DNA of 63,161 bases, counting the filler, from Folioceros fuciformis (lineage: Eukaryota): the NCBI GenBank assembly GCA_049999805.1. It is 12 parts of 12 records of this genome, joined end to end, with 100 filler letters (N's around TTAATTAATTAA, not from the genome) between each part and the next. Parts side by side here need not be neighbours in the genome. Positions count along the whole stretch, not along the records: positions 21,679 to 29,874 come from JBNGIO010005596.1; positions 29,975 to 31,229 come from JBNGIO010005597.1; positions 31,330 to 32,943 come from JBNGIO010005598.1; positions 33,044 to 37,662 come from JBNGIO010005599.1; positions 37,763 to 48,210 come from JBNGIO010005600.1; 7 more parts are not named here. One strand, 5' to 3'. Of this stretch, positions 25,553 to 38,735 are shown piece after piece; positions within the stretch are counted from its first letter, which is position 1, and every line of letters begins with the position of its first letter. The position numbers and the translations under genes were made by a program. The notes beneath the pieces were generated by a model. The model was not told the DNA's origin. It searched no databases and worked only from the letters and a program-made list of their open reading frames with translations.

Positions 25553-26959
25553 GGATCCAGTATCTGAATCCGATTTGCCCGACCTTGAGACCCTACCTCG
25601 CAGTTGTGACTACAGGACAATTAAAACCAGCTCCTTGGCTTCCCAAAGGAACTGTGGGGGCAGCTGTGCCTGTCCAGCCCACAAACGGAGACTAACTCTC
25701 GATCTCTGGTTGCTCCTGGTCTACGGCACTTGGCCGAGCTTGATGGTCCTCTTGGACCTCTTCCTCCCAAGACAAACGTGGCTGACGTGCAGCTCTCCTC
25801 CTCTTGGCTCGTCCACGCTTCGGTGTAACCCTAGCAGGGACGTTCCTCGATCGTAAGTGATAACATGGGCTGCCTTCAGGCTCCTCGGGTTGCATAACCC
25901 ATGCAACAACTCACACACAAACAACCAATTCTCAGCAAGAGGTGGCATGCAAGCACACCTGTTAGAGAACCCTAGGTGCCTCCCCAGCACAAAACAGAAA
26001 GCACAACTACTCTAGATCTGATCATGCTACAACACCCACAATTCCCCATGTCTGCCATAGGATTTAGGATCACAGCACAGCAAAACTCCAGCTCACATGT
26101 GAAGATTGTGGCACGCGGCCTCGCTCACTCTCGATGCCAGATCGAAAATCAAAACAAATGCAGCAAGAGCAAAACCCTGTTGTTCGAAACTTTCAAATGT
26201 AGTCAGTCCCTGAATAGGGCTCCAAATCGCACACAAAGCATACCAGACTGCTTGCCTTGACAAGACGAGTCGAATGGTCTAAGAATCAATGGCAACCAAT
26301 CTGTAATGCGGGCGCTATGAGCCCTGGTAGCTTGTTAAGTCAGCGTTGCAGCTGGCAGCTGGCAAGACGGGGAGGATGGCACCTTGCTGTAGGTGCGTCA
26401 CTACCTCCTCTAAGCCTAGTCGCACTCAGATCTTGCAGCTAGTTGTCGAAGTGACATGGAATCTGCTCACACGCAGATTTCTGGACGGTTTTGTTGGAAG
26501 AACTTGATTGACGAGAAAATCGGTTGGGTAAATCACACCGGGTGCTGCAGCGAGATACGAAGAACATCAATCCTTACAACTCTTGAGCCCAAATATGGCT
26601 GAAACAACAAAAGCAATTGAGTTTCTAAGATAGCGGCAGGCACTCTCCCTTGGTGCGACTTTGACGACTAGCGGCCTCCATCTCCATCTCCATAGTTTAG
26701 CATGGCGGCCATGGCTGACGTCAGCAATTCTGGTGCGGGCTTGCCTCTTTTAGTCATGATCATTTGGTTGGGCTCACACTCTCGGTGTGAGCCCACGGGT
26801 TTCAGCAGGGCAGCTGCGAGCATGCCCTAATCCACGTTCTCTAGTTTTTGGTGTTTACTAATTACCGTTTAGCATTTGCTAATTGCCAACATTTAAATGG
26901 TATTATCCTAAACTAATCTTTATTTAAAAGGATAATTGTTTCACGCTGCTTACTCAACA

Positions 26960-29619
26960 TTAAGCTCACCTTTGGTATCGTGACAAGAAAGACCTTAGAG
27001 TAAGGGCCATATTGGAGGCCACCATCGATAGTTCAATGATCCACCACATTGATGATGCCTCTGGATCACACATGGCATGGACAGCTTTGTCACAAATGTT
27101 TGCGACCACAATGTCCTCCTTGGTACATGCCACCATATCTTTTTGGAATTGTAAGATGAAGGACACGGACAGTGTTGAGGAGCATGTGATGCAATTTCGC
27201 CACCTTAGACAGAAGTAGGCATCCACAAGCACGACAATCACGGAGTTGCAAGCTTCGATGGCTTTGCTCATGTCATTGCCATACAAATACCGGGTATTTG
27301 TCAGCACACAAAATAGCAGCTTGAGGACTGCTACTGCTGCTACTATATCCTTATCCAACACAATTGGTGCTTTGCTCGAGGAGGAAGCGACCATGCACTC
27401 AAGTCGTGGAGGCCAAGGTTCACACAACCAGGTCCTTTATGCTAGCAGAGGAGGAAGAGGGGGTCATGGTGGCCGCTTTCCTACAAGACCACCATCGCAG
27501 GGCAAAGGCAAGACAAATAAAGGTCGAGCTCCACCAAACCCCAACCATAGGAAACGCACCTATAACTGGTGCCGTCTTCTAGGCCACACAGAGGCCAACT
27601 ATAGAAAGAAAAAAACCAGGGAGCCAAGGAGAGCACTTGAGGCTCATGTAGTTGCCCGGGCCAAAACAACAAATCCAAATACTATTCTTACTGTGTTCCT
27701 TGCACACACCAAGGCTAATCAAAATCATTGGTTTGTCGACTCGGGTGCTTCCACACACATCTGCTACATGCGAGAAGGCTTCATCAAATATAACGCCTAT
27801 GCACCTGGACAGTTTGTCCTACTTGGAGATGAGAGTGGACTTGCAGTTGCTGGTTGCGGCACCGTGCAAATTCAGCTGCAAGATGGATCCACCCGCTTGC
27901 TCTACCAAGTGCTACACGTCCCACACATGTGTAAAAATCTCATGTCAGTTCGGCATCTTTGCAAGGATTGCATGGTTAATATTTCTTTCAGCGAAAATCA
28001 CTGTGAGCTGCGAGAGACGCAGACAGACCATATCCTGGCCCTTGGTACCTTACAGGCTGATTTATACAAGCTGGATTGCTTCACATCACGTGCTGGAAAT
28101 CCACAAGTCAACTCGACATCCCAAGCCATGTTGGCAAAATGTTTTACACACAGTGATCCCCAACTCTTGTGGCATTCAAGGCTTGCACATCCGAATTTCA
28201 CGAAGATGAGAGGGATGACAGAGCAGGAGTTGTACCGTGAGAAACTCGATTGGAAGGTCAGTGACACAAATGTATTGTGTGGCGCCTGCATCCATAGTAA
28301 GATGGTCAAAAAGCAGCCTAAGAATGGTGAACATGACCGTGCATCTGACTTATTGAAAATGGTCCATACGGATCTCTGTGGACCAATGTCAATACCATCC
28401 CTTGGTGGTTCCCTTTACTTCATGGTTGTCATTGATGATTACAGCAGATACACTGTCACATATTTCTTGCGGCAGAAGAATGAGGCCAACAGTATGTTGA
28501 CTTTTCTCAACAACAAACTGGGAAAACTCTCAAGGTGCTCAGGACTGATAATGAGGGCGAATTTATTAGTGGCGATTTTCAGTCATACTATCGTTCTCTT
28601 GGCATTGCCCGCCAGCTGACCTCCCCACACACATTCAGCCAAAACCCATTGGCAGAGGCGAAGAATAGATACCTCCAAGAAGCAACCAAGGCCATACTTT
28701 ATCAATCTGGTTTATCCAAGCCATTTTGGGCTGATGCAGTACAAACTACCACATATGTGCAAAACCGTTTGCCCACCACTTCTTTCATAGGTGCTACCCT
28801 ATATGAACGGTGGACTGGTCATAAACCATCCATTTCATATCTGAAAATTTTTGGCAGCCGTGTGTACATGCACATCCCAAAGACCCAACCGAGGAAGTTG
28901 GATTACCAAGCCCGTGCTATGACCTTCATTGGATATACTGAGGGTATCAAAGGGTATAAGGTTTATGACCCTAGCTCCGGCCATGTCACTCATACCCGTG
29001 TTGGCATATTTGATGAAAACAGCTTGTTGGTTGCGGCTTGTGCCAGAGAGGGGGGCCGAAAGGATGTGATGCTTGACTCTCAAGTTACTGAACTCCAAAG
29101 TGATAGTGACTCTGAACTTGAGCAAATAATTCCAAGTGCAAGTAAGCCACAAGTAACTCCACCACATGCCCCAAGCCATACCTCAGCTCTAGGCTTAAAT
29201 CCACCACCACAAGTTGACACTGATGCTGGTGATACATTTGAGGCCAATGTAGGTGCGGGTGAAGCTGAAACCAATGTGCCAACATAGCCTGAACTTGGTC
29301 AGCCCGCTACGCTTAGGAGGTCAGCAAGACACCATACAAGCTCTCCCCTGGAATGGAGTCAAGTGCCGCTTGCCATGGAAGGGCACATACGGCCGAATGC
29401 AAATACGAATGCTATGTTGGCTAAAATACTCATAGCAGCCCAAGACCTAGGTGAACCAGCATCCTACAAAGAAGCCATAAACTCACTGGAGAAGGAGCAG
29501 TGGCAAGCAGCGATCAAATCAGAGTTTGATTCCCTCATTGAGAATGAGACGTGGGAATTAGTTGATCTACCTCAAGGAAGGAGGCCGATTTCAAACAAAT
29601 GGGTGTTCAAGAGGAAACT
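26960..29619 (+). pseudogene. Ty1/copia gag-PR-IN-RT(start) fragment, interrupted at both ends by insertions
   Basis: WFVDSGASTHIC; LWHSRLAH; VHTDLCGP; LRTDNEGEF; TWELVDLP..KWVFKRKL. Confidence 0.92.
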
Positions 29620-29874
29620 CGTGGAGTCCACATGCTGAACAGACCCCTGGAAAATGGTGGGGTTTCTTTTTTTGGGAATCTCTGAGTGAATTTTGTAGAG
29701 AAATGGTTAGGAGATTAGGTTAGATTAGTGGGTTAGTGAGTAGGGTCTAGGTAGGGTGTGTGGTAGGTAAGACACGGGTTACGTCCCTCTGGTTAGGGTG
29801 TCCGGATGTGTGTGGAACCTAGACCCATGAGTGGAGCTGCCTGGAGCGGCCAGGCAGTGACAACGACGAGGAGT
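29620..29874 (+). mobile_element. Probable start of an LTR inserted in copia RT, cut by a gap
   Basis: RT stops abruptly after KWVFKRKL; a (c)gtgg start is followed by G/T-rich U3-like sequence. Confidence 0.4.
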
Positions 29875-29974
29875 NNNNNNNNNNNNNNNNNNNNNNNNNN
29901 NNNNNNNNNNNNNNNNNNTTAATTAATTAANNNNNNNNNNNNNNNNNNNNNNNNNNNNNNNNNNNNNNNNNNNN

Positions 29975-30965
29975 GACATACCTGTTCCTAGTTTTGTATG
30001 TGGATGATATGTTGTTGGCTTCGAATTCCCTCCATTTGCTAATAACGATGAGGGATTTATTGATGGCCGAGTTTAAGATGACTCACCTGGGTGAAGCTAG
30101 GTACTACGTGCGAATTCATATACAAAGGGACAGGACTACAAGGACTCTCACACTGAGCCAGGAGAGATACCTTAGGGAGTGTTTGGCGCAGTTTAACATG
30201 ACCGACTGCAAGCCCTGTAGTACCCCGATGGTTGCAGGTCAGAGGCTGACAAAAGCTATGTGTCCAGTCTCCGATGCTGAGAAGGAAGCCATGAGGGGAG
30301 TACCCTACAGAGCAATCGTGGGAAAAATCTTATACTCTGGAAATACTACTAGACCTGAAACATTAGGAGCATCAGGAAACTGTTCCCAGTTTTTAGAAAA
30401 TCCCGGCAATTTACACTGGGTGGCAGCAAAACGTGCCCTACGATACTTTGCTGGAACATTGACAGTTGGAATCACGTATGTAGGAGAGGTTGGAGGCATA
30501 CTTACAATGCAGATTTTCTGTGACTCAGATTATGCTGCTGATGTAGATACCAGAAGGTCAATTATTGCTTTTGTGGCCACTCTTGCTGGAGGACCTGTGG
30601 ACTGGCAGTCACGTAAACAACCCACTGTGGCACTCTCAACAACTGAAGCTGAGTACAAGGTGTTGACAGAGGGCGCCAAGGCTGCCATGTAGTCCAGGAG
30701 ATTGTTAGCTGAGCTTCGGCATGAACAAAGGGAACCTACCATGTTGTACGTGACAACCAAGGAGCGGCTGCTCTTGCACGAAACCCTGTGTTTCATGCAA
30801 GAACGAGGCACATTGGTGTACAGTACCATTTTATTAGGGAAGCTATCGATGCTGGAGATGTAGTGGTTTCCTACATAGCAACTGCTGACAATCCAGCTGA
30901 CGTCCTGACAAAGCCACTAGCACGTGAGCTCCACAACAAGCATATGAAGTTTCTGTCACTTCTAC
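29975..30965 (+). pseudogene. Ty1/copia RT-RNase H fragment
   Basis: YVDDMLL; CDSDYAADVDTRRS; ALSTTEAEY; FHARTRHI; DNPADVLTKPL. Confidence 0.92.
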
Positions 30966-31329
30966 CTACTACACCAGCCAAAATAGGCCCTTCAGTCCAC
31001 TTGAGTATCAGCCAGAATCCGAAGATGGGCTTTGAGAGCTTAGCTGGGGCAAAAGGTTGTCTCGGCCTCAACATTCATGGGGCCATCACACTGTGGGAGC
31101 CTATCGGCATCGAAGATTCAGAAGCTGCAGTGGTGCAGCGCTGGCAGCAATTCGAAGACTCAAGCTACCGTGGCAATAAAGGGACGAAGAATTTTCAACG
31201 GGCGCTACTCTAATGTGCTGTGTGGGAGANNNNNNNNNNNNNNNNNNNNNNNNNNNNNNNNNNNNNNNNNNNNTTAATTAATTAANNNNNNNNNNNNNNN
31301 NNNNNNNNNNNNNNNNNNNNNNNNNNNNN

Positions 31330-32236
31330 GAAGAGCTGCCCCATAGCTTGAAACGAAGGACTGATAACTATGGGGAAGACTAGTTAGAAGTTGAGCCACA
31401 TCGTCAACCTCGCCCAACTGAGAACCAAGTGAGATCAGCTGTGATCTCAAGTGTCTGAACTTAGCCACGAAGGTGGCTACTTTCTCTCCCTCCTTCATCC
31501 GTAATGAGAAGAGTTCCCCACGTACTGTGCACAGTGTAATGATATTCCTCACATCATAAGTCTGTGACAGCTGATTCCAGATGTCCTCGGCCTTAAAAAG
31601 GTAAGCTACATCGGGAACAAGTACCTCATCTAACCCACTGATGAGTAGGGCACGAGCGACGTTACTTGCATTCATCCATCGGTCCTTGTCATCTTGTGTG
31701 GCGTTAGGTGAGGGTTGTGGAATCTGGCCATTCACAACTCCCCAGACATGCCTGGCATCAAGGGCAGCTTGCATCCGGACACTCCACACCTGGTATTTTG
31801 TACCATTGAATCGGTCACGTTCTTTGAATTCAATGGTGTACGCCGGCTGATAAATGTGACCTTGAGCAGCAGGCGAGCCTGAGGTTGCTTGTGCAGGCGG
31901 ATTAGGTGGTGGTACGGGCGGAGGTGGTGGAGGATTGGGTGGTCCGCCACTGCCACCTGATCCACCACTGGCACCGCCAAGACCAGAATACCAGTTGCCA
32001 AGGCCACCAAGTCCTGCATAAAGGCTTGTGTAGGGGTTTGGAAAAACGCCAGAGGTAGTGGCAGCACCAGAGGTAGAGGCGGAAGCTCCACCTGCACCCT
32101 GCGCTGGACCTGACGTAGAGGAAGATGGCGGCGGTGGCACAGCAGTGCTGCCTGGAGTTGCAGAACTCACGGCGGGGGAGACGTTTCCAGTCCTCATGCC
32201 AAAGAGGAGCCCTGCAGAACTCTGCGTGGTGTTCAT
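31330..32236 (-). CDS. Ty1/copia gag with a Gly/Pro/Ser-rich N-terminus (partial, runs into gap)
   Basis: IEFKERDRFNGTKYQVWSVRM; LRMKEGE; LLTSLPHSY. Confidence 0.85.
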
Positions 32237-33043
32237 CGTGCACGCAAGCAGTTAACAGGCTCAATTCTCAAAGGTGGATGCTGAAAAACTGATTCGCGCT
32301 GATCGATTGTGTAGACCAGCGCGGAGCATGCTGAGTTTCGGGAAGAAAAAAAATCAAGCGCAAGACGGGGGCGAACGGTTGCGAGGTGGTGTGCAAGGTA
32401 GCAAGCCGGCAAAGCGGCGAACCAGCTGTAGCGGTTATAGAGAAATCCCTTGCCTCTGAAAAGTTGCTTCACTAGTCGCGTCTGTTTCGCCATTTGAGCA
32501 TGCACCCTTTGCGACCACACACATCCGGATTAATCTGACGATGTTGACCTGGATTGCTGATCATAGGGCAGAGGCGCGTCCTCAAGATCTTGCATCGCCT
32601 GGCCGCGGCAGTTGCAAACAGTCGCGCCCCTATCGCTCTCCGGCCAGCACCGGTTCAGCGTCGCATGCGCGTCCTCGAAATCTGCTTACGTTCGCCCGTG
32701 CACGTAAGCTGATCGAGGGTCATGAACTCAGTTGTGCCGATTGAAATCTCGCGTTTGCTGAGTCTGTCTTTGTGCAAACACGCCAGAGTTGGTGTCGCTG
32801 ATTACAAATCGCATGAGTATAGGGAAAGATGGCCTGTCCAAGAGGAATTGCGTCCCGATAATAATCGCTCCAGCAAGGTAATGAATCTCCCATGCTGATT
32901 TATAAGGGCTCGCATTTGAGTTTGCAGAAGTCTGAGGTCGCCTNNNNNNNNNNNNNNNNNNNNNNNNNNNNNNNNNNNNNNNNNNNNTTAATTAATTAAN
33001 NNNNNNNNNNNNNNNNNNNNNNNNNNNNNNNNNNNNNNNNNNN

Positions 33044-35328
33044 TCCAACAATTTGTACCCCTTGATCCCTTCCGTATAGCCAACAAACACGTACTTGCGG
33101 GCCTTGTAGTCGAGCTTAACTCGCTGATCCTCCGCCAAGTGAGCATATGCTGTTGTACCGAAAATCCTGAGGTGATTGATTCTCGGCTTGTGATTTGTCC
33201 AGCGCTCATATGGTGTTGCACCTGTGAATGTGCTGGTGGGAACCCTGTTCCTAATGTACACAGCTGTACTTACCGCTTCAGCCCAGTATCCTCTTGAAAG
33301 GCGTGCCTGCTGAAGCATTGCTTTGGTTGATTCCTGTGTGTGTTGGTTTGAGATTTCACCTATAGGATTTTGTGCTGATGTATATGGAGTTGTCAGCTGC
33401 CTGGCTATGCCTTCTCCCTTGCAGAAACTGGCGAAGGCATCTGAAATGTACTCGCCTCCGTTATCACTCCTCAAGGTTTTAAGCAGCTGACCTGTTTGCC
33501 TTTGTGCAAACATAACAAACTCCATGAAGCAGTCAAGAGTCTGACTCTTCTGTTTGATGGGGTACACCACTGTGTATTGACTCCAGTCATCTATAAATGA
33601 CAGGAAATATCTGGCTCCACCGAGTGACACTGTGGACATAGGTCCACAGATATCCGTATGTACAAGCTCCAAACGTTTGGTAGCACGAGTTGGGTTGTTG
33701 TCTTTGTATCGAGCTCGGTGGTGTTTGCCAAACACGCATGCCTCACAGAAAGGCTTCTCAACGGACTTCAACTGAAATTTTTCCCGGTAAAGGGTGTCAC
33801 TCTTGGCCATCATGTTTAATTTGTCAAAGTTTGTGTGTCCCAAACGAGCATGCCATAGCCTCGCATCCCGCTCATCCTTCTGTGCTTGTGTCAGATTTGC
33901 CACTGGTCTGCCATGTCCATACTCAAGGTCCAGCTTGTACAGGTTATGCTCTGGTGTACCAATTGCAAACACTTCTAATTTGTTTGCCTGGTCAACTATG
34001 TGGCATTGCCCATTTGCACATATGGTGCTTAATTTGTGTTGTACGTCTAACAAGTAGACTGAGACCAAGTTCTTGACCAGGGTTGGTACATGCAGAACTT
34101 CTAACAGGACTTCAACTCTTCCAGTTGTGGACTGAATAGAGACCTTGCCTATTCCTTTGATGGGCATACCCCTATCATCACCAAGTAGCACAACCTGACC
34201 ACTTGGCATCTTTCTATACTCTGAGAACGCTGATCTGGTATGACAAATATGTGACGACGCCCCTGAATCGAGGTACCACGCATCCCTGAATTGTGGTGTG
34301 GACATCATGTAAACTGCTAGAACTGTATTGGGCTTTCTAGATGCCATGTTGGCTTCAGGTGGGGCCGTCCTGCGAGGCTCTCCTGCCTTCTTTTTCCTGC
34401 AGTCTGCCTCCCAGTGGCCTGGGATGAGGCACCAATTGCAGGTGCCCTTCTTCTTGGTGGATGCTGTTGGTGGTCGACGCTTGAAGCTCCCACTACCTCC
34501 AGCATTTTGGTACTGTGAACCCTGACGCGGTGGCTGTTTCTTTGAGCCTCTGTTAGTGTAGAGCACTTGATTTGAGGACTCTCCTCTGAAGGAGGTACCT
34601 CCCCTGCTTGCGATCCTTGTGGATTCTTCCTCCAGCAAGGCTCCAATTAAATCTGAGAGGGAGACTGTAGGAGTCTGTCCAGCTGGTGTGGCCTGGGCCA
34701 CATTTCGCATATGTGTGCAGTGGTTGCTCACAAAGACACGATAGCTGTCAGGCAGGGACAGGAGAAGAGCCACAGCAGCCTGCATCTCTGTCGTTGCTGT
34801 CCCACTGGAGGTGAGCTTCGACCTCAGCATTCTGAATTTGATGACGTGCTGTTCCACTGATTCGTGCTCCTTCATCTTGCAGTTGTAGAAGGCACGAGTT
34901 GCACTCACCATTGATGACCCATTCGACACTCTGTAAATCTGGTTCAGAGAGTCCCAAACATCTTTTGTTGTTGCAGCATCTTGAGTATGATGCATCATTG
35001 ACCCGTCGAGGGCTGACTGAATGATGCCCAAAGCTCAAAGATCTGATTTTGCCCATGCATCTACATCTGCCTGGGCTGCTCCTTGCGGAGGTTTGGGCAC
35101 TGTGCCCGTCACGATGCCCCAAAGGTCGTGCTCTCTCAAGATGGTATGGACTCTAAGTGCCCAAATGTCAAATTGAGTGCCATTGAATCTGTCTTTTTCT
35201 TTGAAATCTATCTTGACGTTTGTGACAATGGTTGTATTGTTTGTGACAGTCTGCGGTGGCTGGTTTGCCATATTTCCAACCGCTTGATGTGCAAGGGCTT
35301 GACCCGCTTGTGCTAATGCATATTCCAC
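33044..35328 (-). pseudogene. Copia gag-protease-integrase with one stop
   Basis: CNWCLIPGHWEADC; WYLDSGASSH; LWHARLGH; VHTDICGP; LRSDNGGEY. Confidence 0.93.
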
Positions 35329-36675
35329 GGCTAGCTGTGCAACCGATACAGTTTGCAGGCCTATGCTTGACTGGGAGGATGCAGCCTCCTGATTCAGGCC
35401 AAGTGGGTCAACTAGGAAGGGATCTGAACTTGTGTTTCCTCCTCTTCTTGTGCCGCGACCTCTATGCCTGCTTCATGGGTTTCTGGTACCCCTTCCACTG
35501 TTGCTATTGGACATGAGCCAGCTTAATCAGATGCCTGATCATGGGTTGACTGAGAAATGGCTTCTCGTTTCCATGACTGAAAGGACACTGGCTGGGATTG
35601 ATCTATCTCCGGGTCTGCACTGGTCTTGTCAGGTTGCATGGCAGATTTATGGAAGATAGGGAGCCTGGCAAGCAGTTCTATCTGGCGTGTGAGAGTCACT
35701 ATATGTCTTTGAGAGTTTATGACCCTTTCTGTCAGATCAGACACTTGCTGCTTGTGCCTTTCGGATTCAGACCTAAAACTATTGTATAAGTCCAGGAGGG
35801 TTAGATCAAGCTTGGGAGGATATGTACTCGCACAAATTTTGCAGATGGGAGTCTCCCTTGCCCTTTGTGCACTGACCGCTAGTGACTCGTTTATTTCCTT
35901 GCGAATTTGCTGCCTGAGACTCGCTAAGGGATCAGGCTGTGCCTGTTTCTATAACTGATTAGAATATTTATGTGATGCAGGTCTGGAACACAGATTAAAG
36001 AAGTGTTGAAGGTTCTTATGTTGTGCTTCTACACTCAACCCCGAACTGCATGCAAACGGGTCTTCGGGTAATTTACCCTTCCCTCGTGCTCTCGGCATAA
36101 TGTTAGACACTAACTGTAATAATGCGCAACAGCTTCTGCAAGGAATGCATCCGACATCTCTTCAAATCTACTAAGTGCTTGCTTTAATGCAGTGATTAGA
36201 CTGCAGAATTGAGCATGTGGCAGGCTTTTGATACAGATCGTGCTTTTGCAGACAGCGCAACTGCTAGGAGGAGACGCTGGATCCATTTTATTCTAATCAA
36301 ATTTGCTTGTGCAAGATATTGCAATGATCCATGTGCCTCCTATCCAAGTGACAGAAGACTGCACCTCGATTGAAGGCTGATGGATTATTTCGATGCCTTA
36401 CCACGCTCTGATACCATTTAGAATTTCTAGTCTAGGATCGATTTATTTCACATGTTTAGCAGAAAAGACAAGGTTATTGATTAGGCGTGGCCAAAGTGGC
36501 CTTAAGCCAGGGAGGAGGGTGTGCACCGGTTCGGTGGTGGCTGTCAGTTAGGGTTGTGACCCTTCACAAAGACACGACTCTATGAAACGCTCCCAGCATT
36601 TCATACCCCGGCTCATGCCCTAATAAATAAATAATTAATTAAGTCTGGCTATTTAAATGATGACCTAACTATTCA
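33044..36675 (-). mobile_element. Ty1/copia 5' half: LTR about 36675-36417, tRNA-Met PBS 36416-36405, long leader, gag-PR-IN
   Basis: gctctgatacca on the plus strand (= TGGTATCAGAGC); ORFs 35035-35328 and 33044-35031 are in frame, separated by one TGA. Confidence 0.9.
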
Positions 36676-37434
36676 TGCATTTTTGTAAACCCCAAGTCCA
36701 GGACAAAGAAAGAACTGGCTGCTAAATTCAAACCCTATAGGAACAAGGGAAAAGCATTAGCTGGAGGCTACAAGAGTGAGTCAAGCTCTGCTTCTTCCCG
36801 TCATACACGAAATTGTAATTGGTGTGGAGTTTCTGGCCATTGGGCACGTGAGTGTCGCAAGAAGAAGGCTGGCGAACCCCAAAAATCAGGCCTGCAACAA
36901 TCAACTAGTGTAGCTGTCAAGGACAAGAGTCCAACTGAGAATTACCAAAACGGTGAAGATTCTAACAGTCTGCTTAGCCAGTCAATTGCAGCAAGACAAG
37001 GGGTGATACCTTGATAGCAGAGCCACCGCCCATATCTGTAATGATAAAGCACAATTCTACAGGTTGGACCTTTGTCCAGTTAAGGAAAGAGTGCTGCTAG
37101 GAGATGAGCAGAATCAAACCAGTTTGCCTATACAAGGCCTTGGGATGTGTAAATTTCCCTTGCAAGATGGTTCCACTCTCACTCTGGATCATGTCCTCTA
37201 CGTTCCACAAATGGGTAAGAATCTCATGCCCATGAGTAAGTTGATGCAGCAAGGCACCTTTGAGATCTTTGTCTCAACAGGAGATTGTTGTTTCTTCAGG
37301 CCAGAGCTTCCTGGTCATTGTGTCTTCATAGGTATCCCTCAGGATGACCCCTACAGACTTTCCATCATAGGAAGTCTAGATGCCATTGCACTCTCCACAG
37401 GACCACCTACCATGAAGCCAGAAACATGACCTTC
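36676..37434 (+). pseudogene. Ty1/copia gag knuckle and protease remnant
   Basis: CNWCGVSGHWARECRKKKAGEP; VLLGD; HVLYVPQMGKNL. Confidence 0.85.
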
Positions 37435-37662
37435 TGTGGAAGCAAAACCCTGGGCACCGATTGCCAATGGGTTCCACCTTTAGTGACCACACTTATCCCA
37501 CTGTCGTTGAGACATTGGGTTTCGTTCCCACGAAGGAGCGATGGGGTTCCTTGCTGCTGTGGATGGAGGGTCGGACTTGATCGACTCGATGACGGATTCG
37601 TTGGCTCCCCTCCAGCTCCGATCAGGCGTAGGACAGGCCTCGCTGTCCGGCGGTCAGCTGCA
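37435..37662 (-). mobile_element. 3' part of a TGTGG/CCACA-family LTR, cut by a gap
   Basis: Reverse complement of about 1439-1666 with few mismatches. Confidence 0.88.
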
Positions 37663-37762
37663 NNNNNNNNNNNNNNNNNNNNNNNNNNNNNNNNNNNNNN
37701 NNNNNNTTAATTAATTAANNNNNNNNNNNNNNNNNNNNNNNNNNNNNNNNNNNNNNNNNNNN

Positions 37763-38275
37763 AACATGAATCAAGGTGCAGACATTTTTGACCTGGTAAG
37801 TGTCAACTAACTGATTCCAAACAACTGCTGTTGTCTTAAGGAACTCAACTTCTATGACTGTTGTCTCATCCAGTCCACTAAGAAGTATGGCAAATGCCAC
37901 TTTATTCCCTTTGTTCCACTTGGCTATCTCATCAGCTGTGGGTTGATGTGCTGCAGTGGATGGGATCGAACCATCCACATACTCCCACACGTCACGTGCG
38001 TTCAGATGAGCTTTCATCCTAGCTTTCCAGCTCTCGAATCTAGCAGGTTTCCCATCAAACCGATCCTTCTCTTTAAACTCTCCTGTATAAGTAGAACCAA
38101 TTGCTACGTTAGTACCCATATTATGAATGGGTCGTGGTAACGGGAGTGGTTGATTCTGTAGGAATGCAGGGAGTACAAAGACCGGGAACTGAGATGCAAG
38201 GGACTGTAAAAAGTCCTCCTCTACATCTGACGACTCATCTACCTCACTATCTGACTCGTCCAAAAAAGAAGGCAT
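37763..38275 (-). CDS. Ty1/copia gag N-terminal part (partial)
   Basis: EFKEKDRFDGKPARFESWKARMKAHLNARDVWEYVDG. Confidence 0.8.
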
Positions 38276-38735
38276 GAAACGGTAAGCAGCATGCCAGTGA
38301 CATTTCGTAGGGTTAGCAGCGGTTCAAAAACTTAACATGATATGAAACGTTATTTTTAGGGCAAGATGCCTATTCAAATGTGACTTTTGGTGACAAATGT
38401 CAGGAAGGACCAACCGACATGTCTGTTAACCATGGCGGTTGAAATCAGGCTGCAGACCCCCGTCGCCAGGCACTAGCTGATGCCTTGCACCTGCGATGGA
38501 GCGCCCACCAGCACTGAATCTGGTGTAAACTAGGCCGCCTCAAGTGCCTGCCTCCCTTGCGGTGTAGCAGGCTGGATGTTCAGCGTCAACCCTTGATAAG
38601 CAATAAGACAAATCATTGCCCTTCCAACATCAGCTAAGCCACCATCATTGGATCAGCTAAGCCCTTCCAACATCAGTCATTTGCTCCAATGATGTGGTTG
38701 TCGGCGCGCTGAACTGAGTGCAAGATTGTTGAAGA

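Larger units (their letters stand above)
22005..26959 (-). mobile_element. Ty3/gypsy-like LTR retroelement carrying a C5 DNA methyltransferase (5' half)
   Basis: Putative 5' LTR 26959-26786 (TG..CA) abutting an interrupted copia gag; polyprotein gag-knuckles-protease-methyltransferase. Confidence 0.8.
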
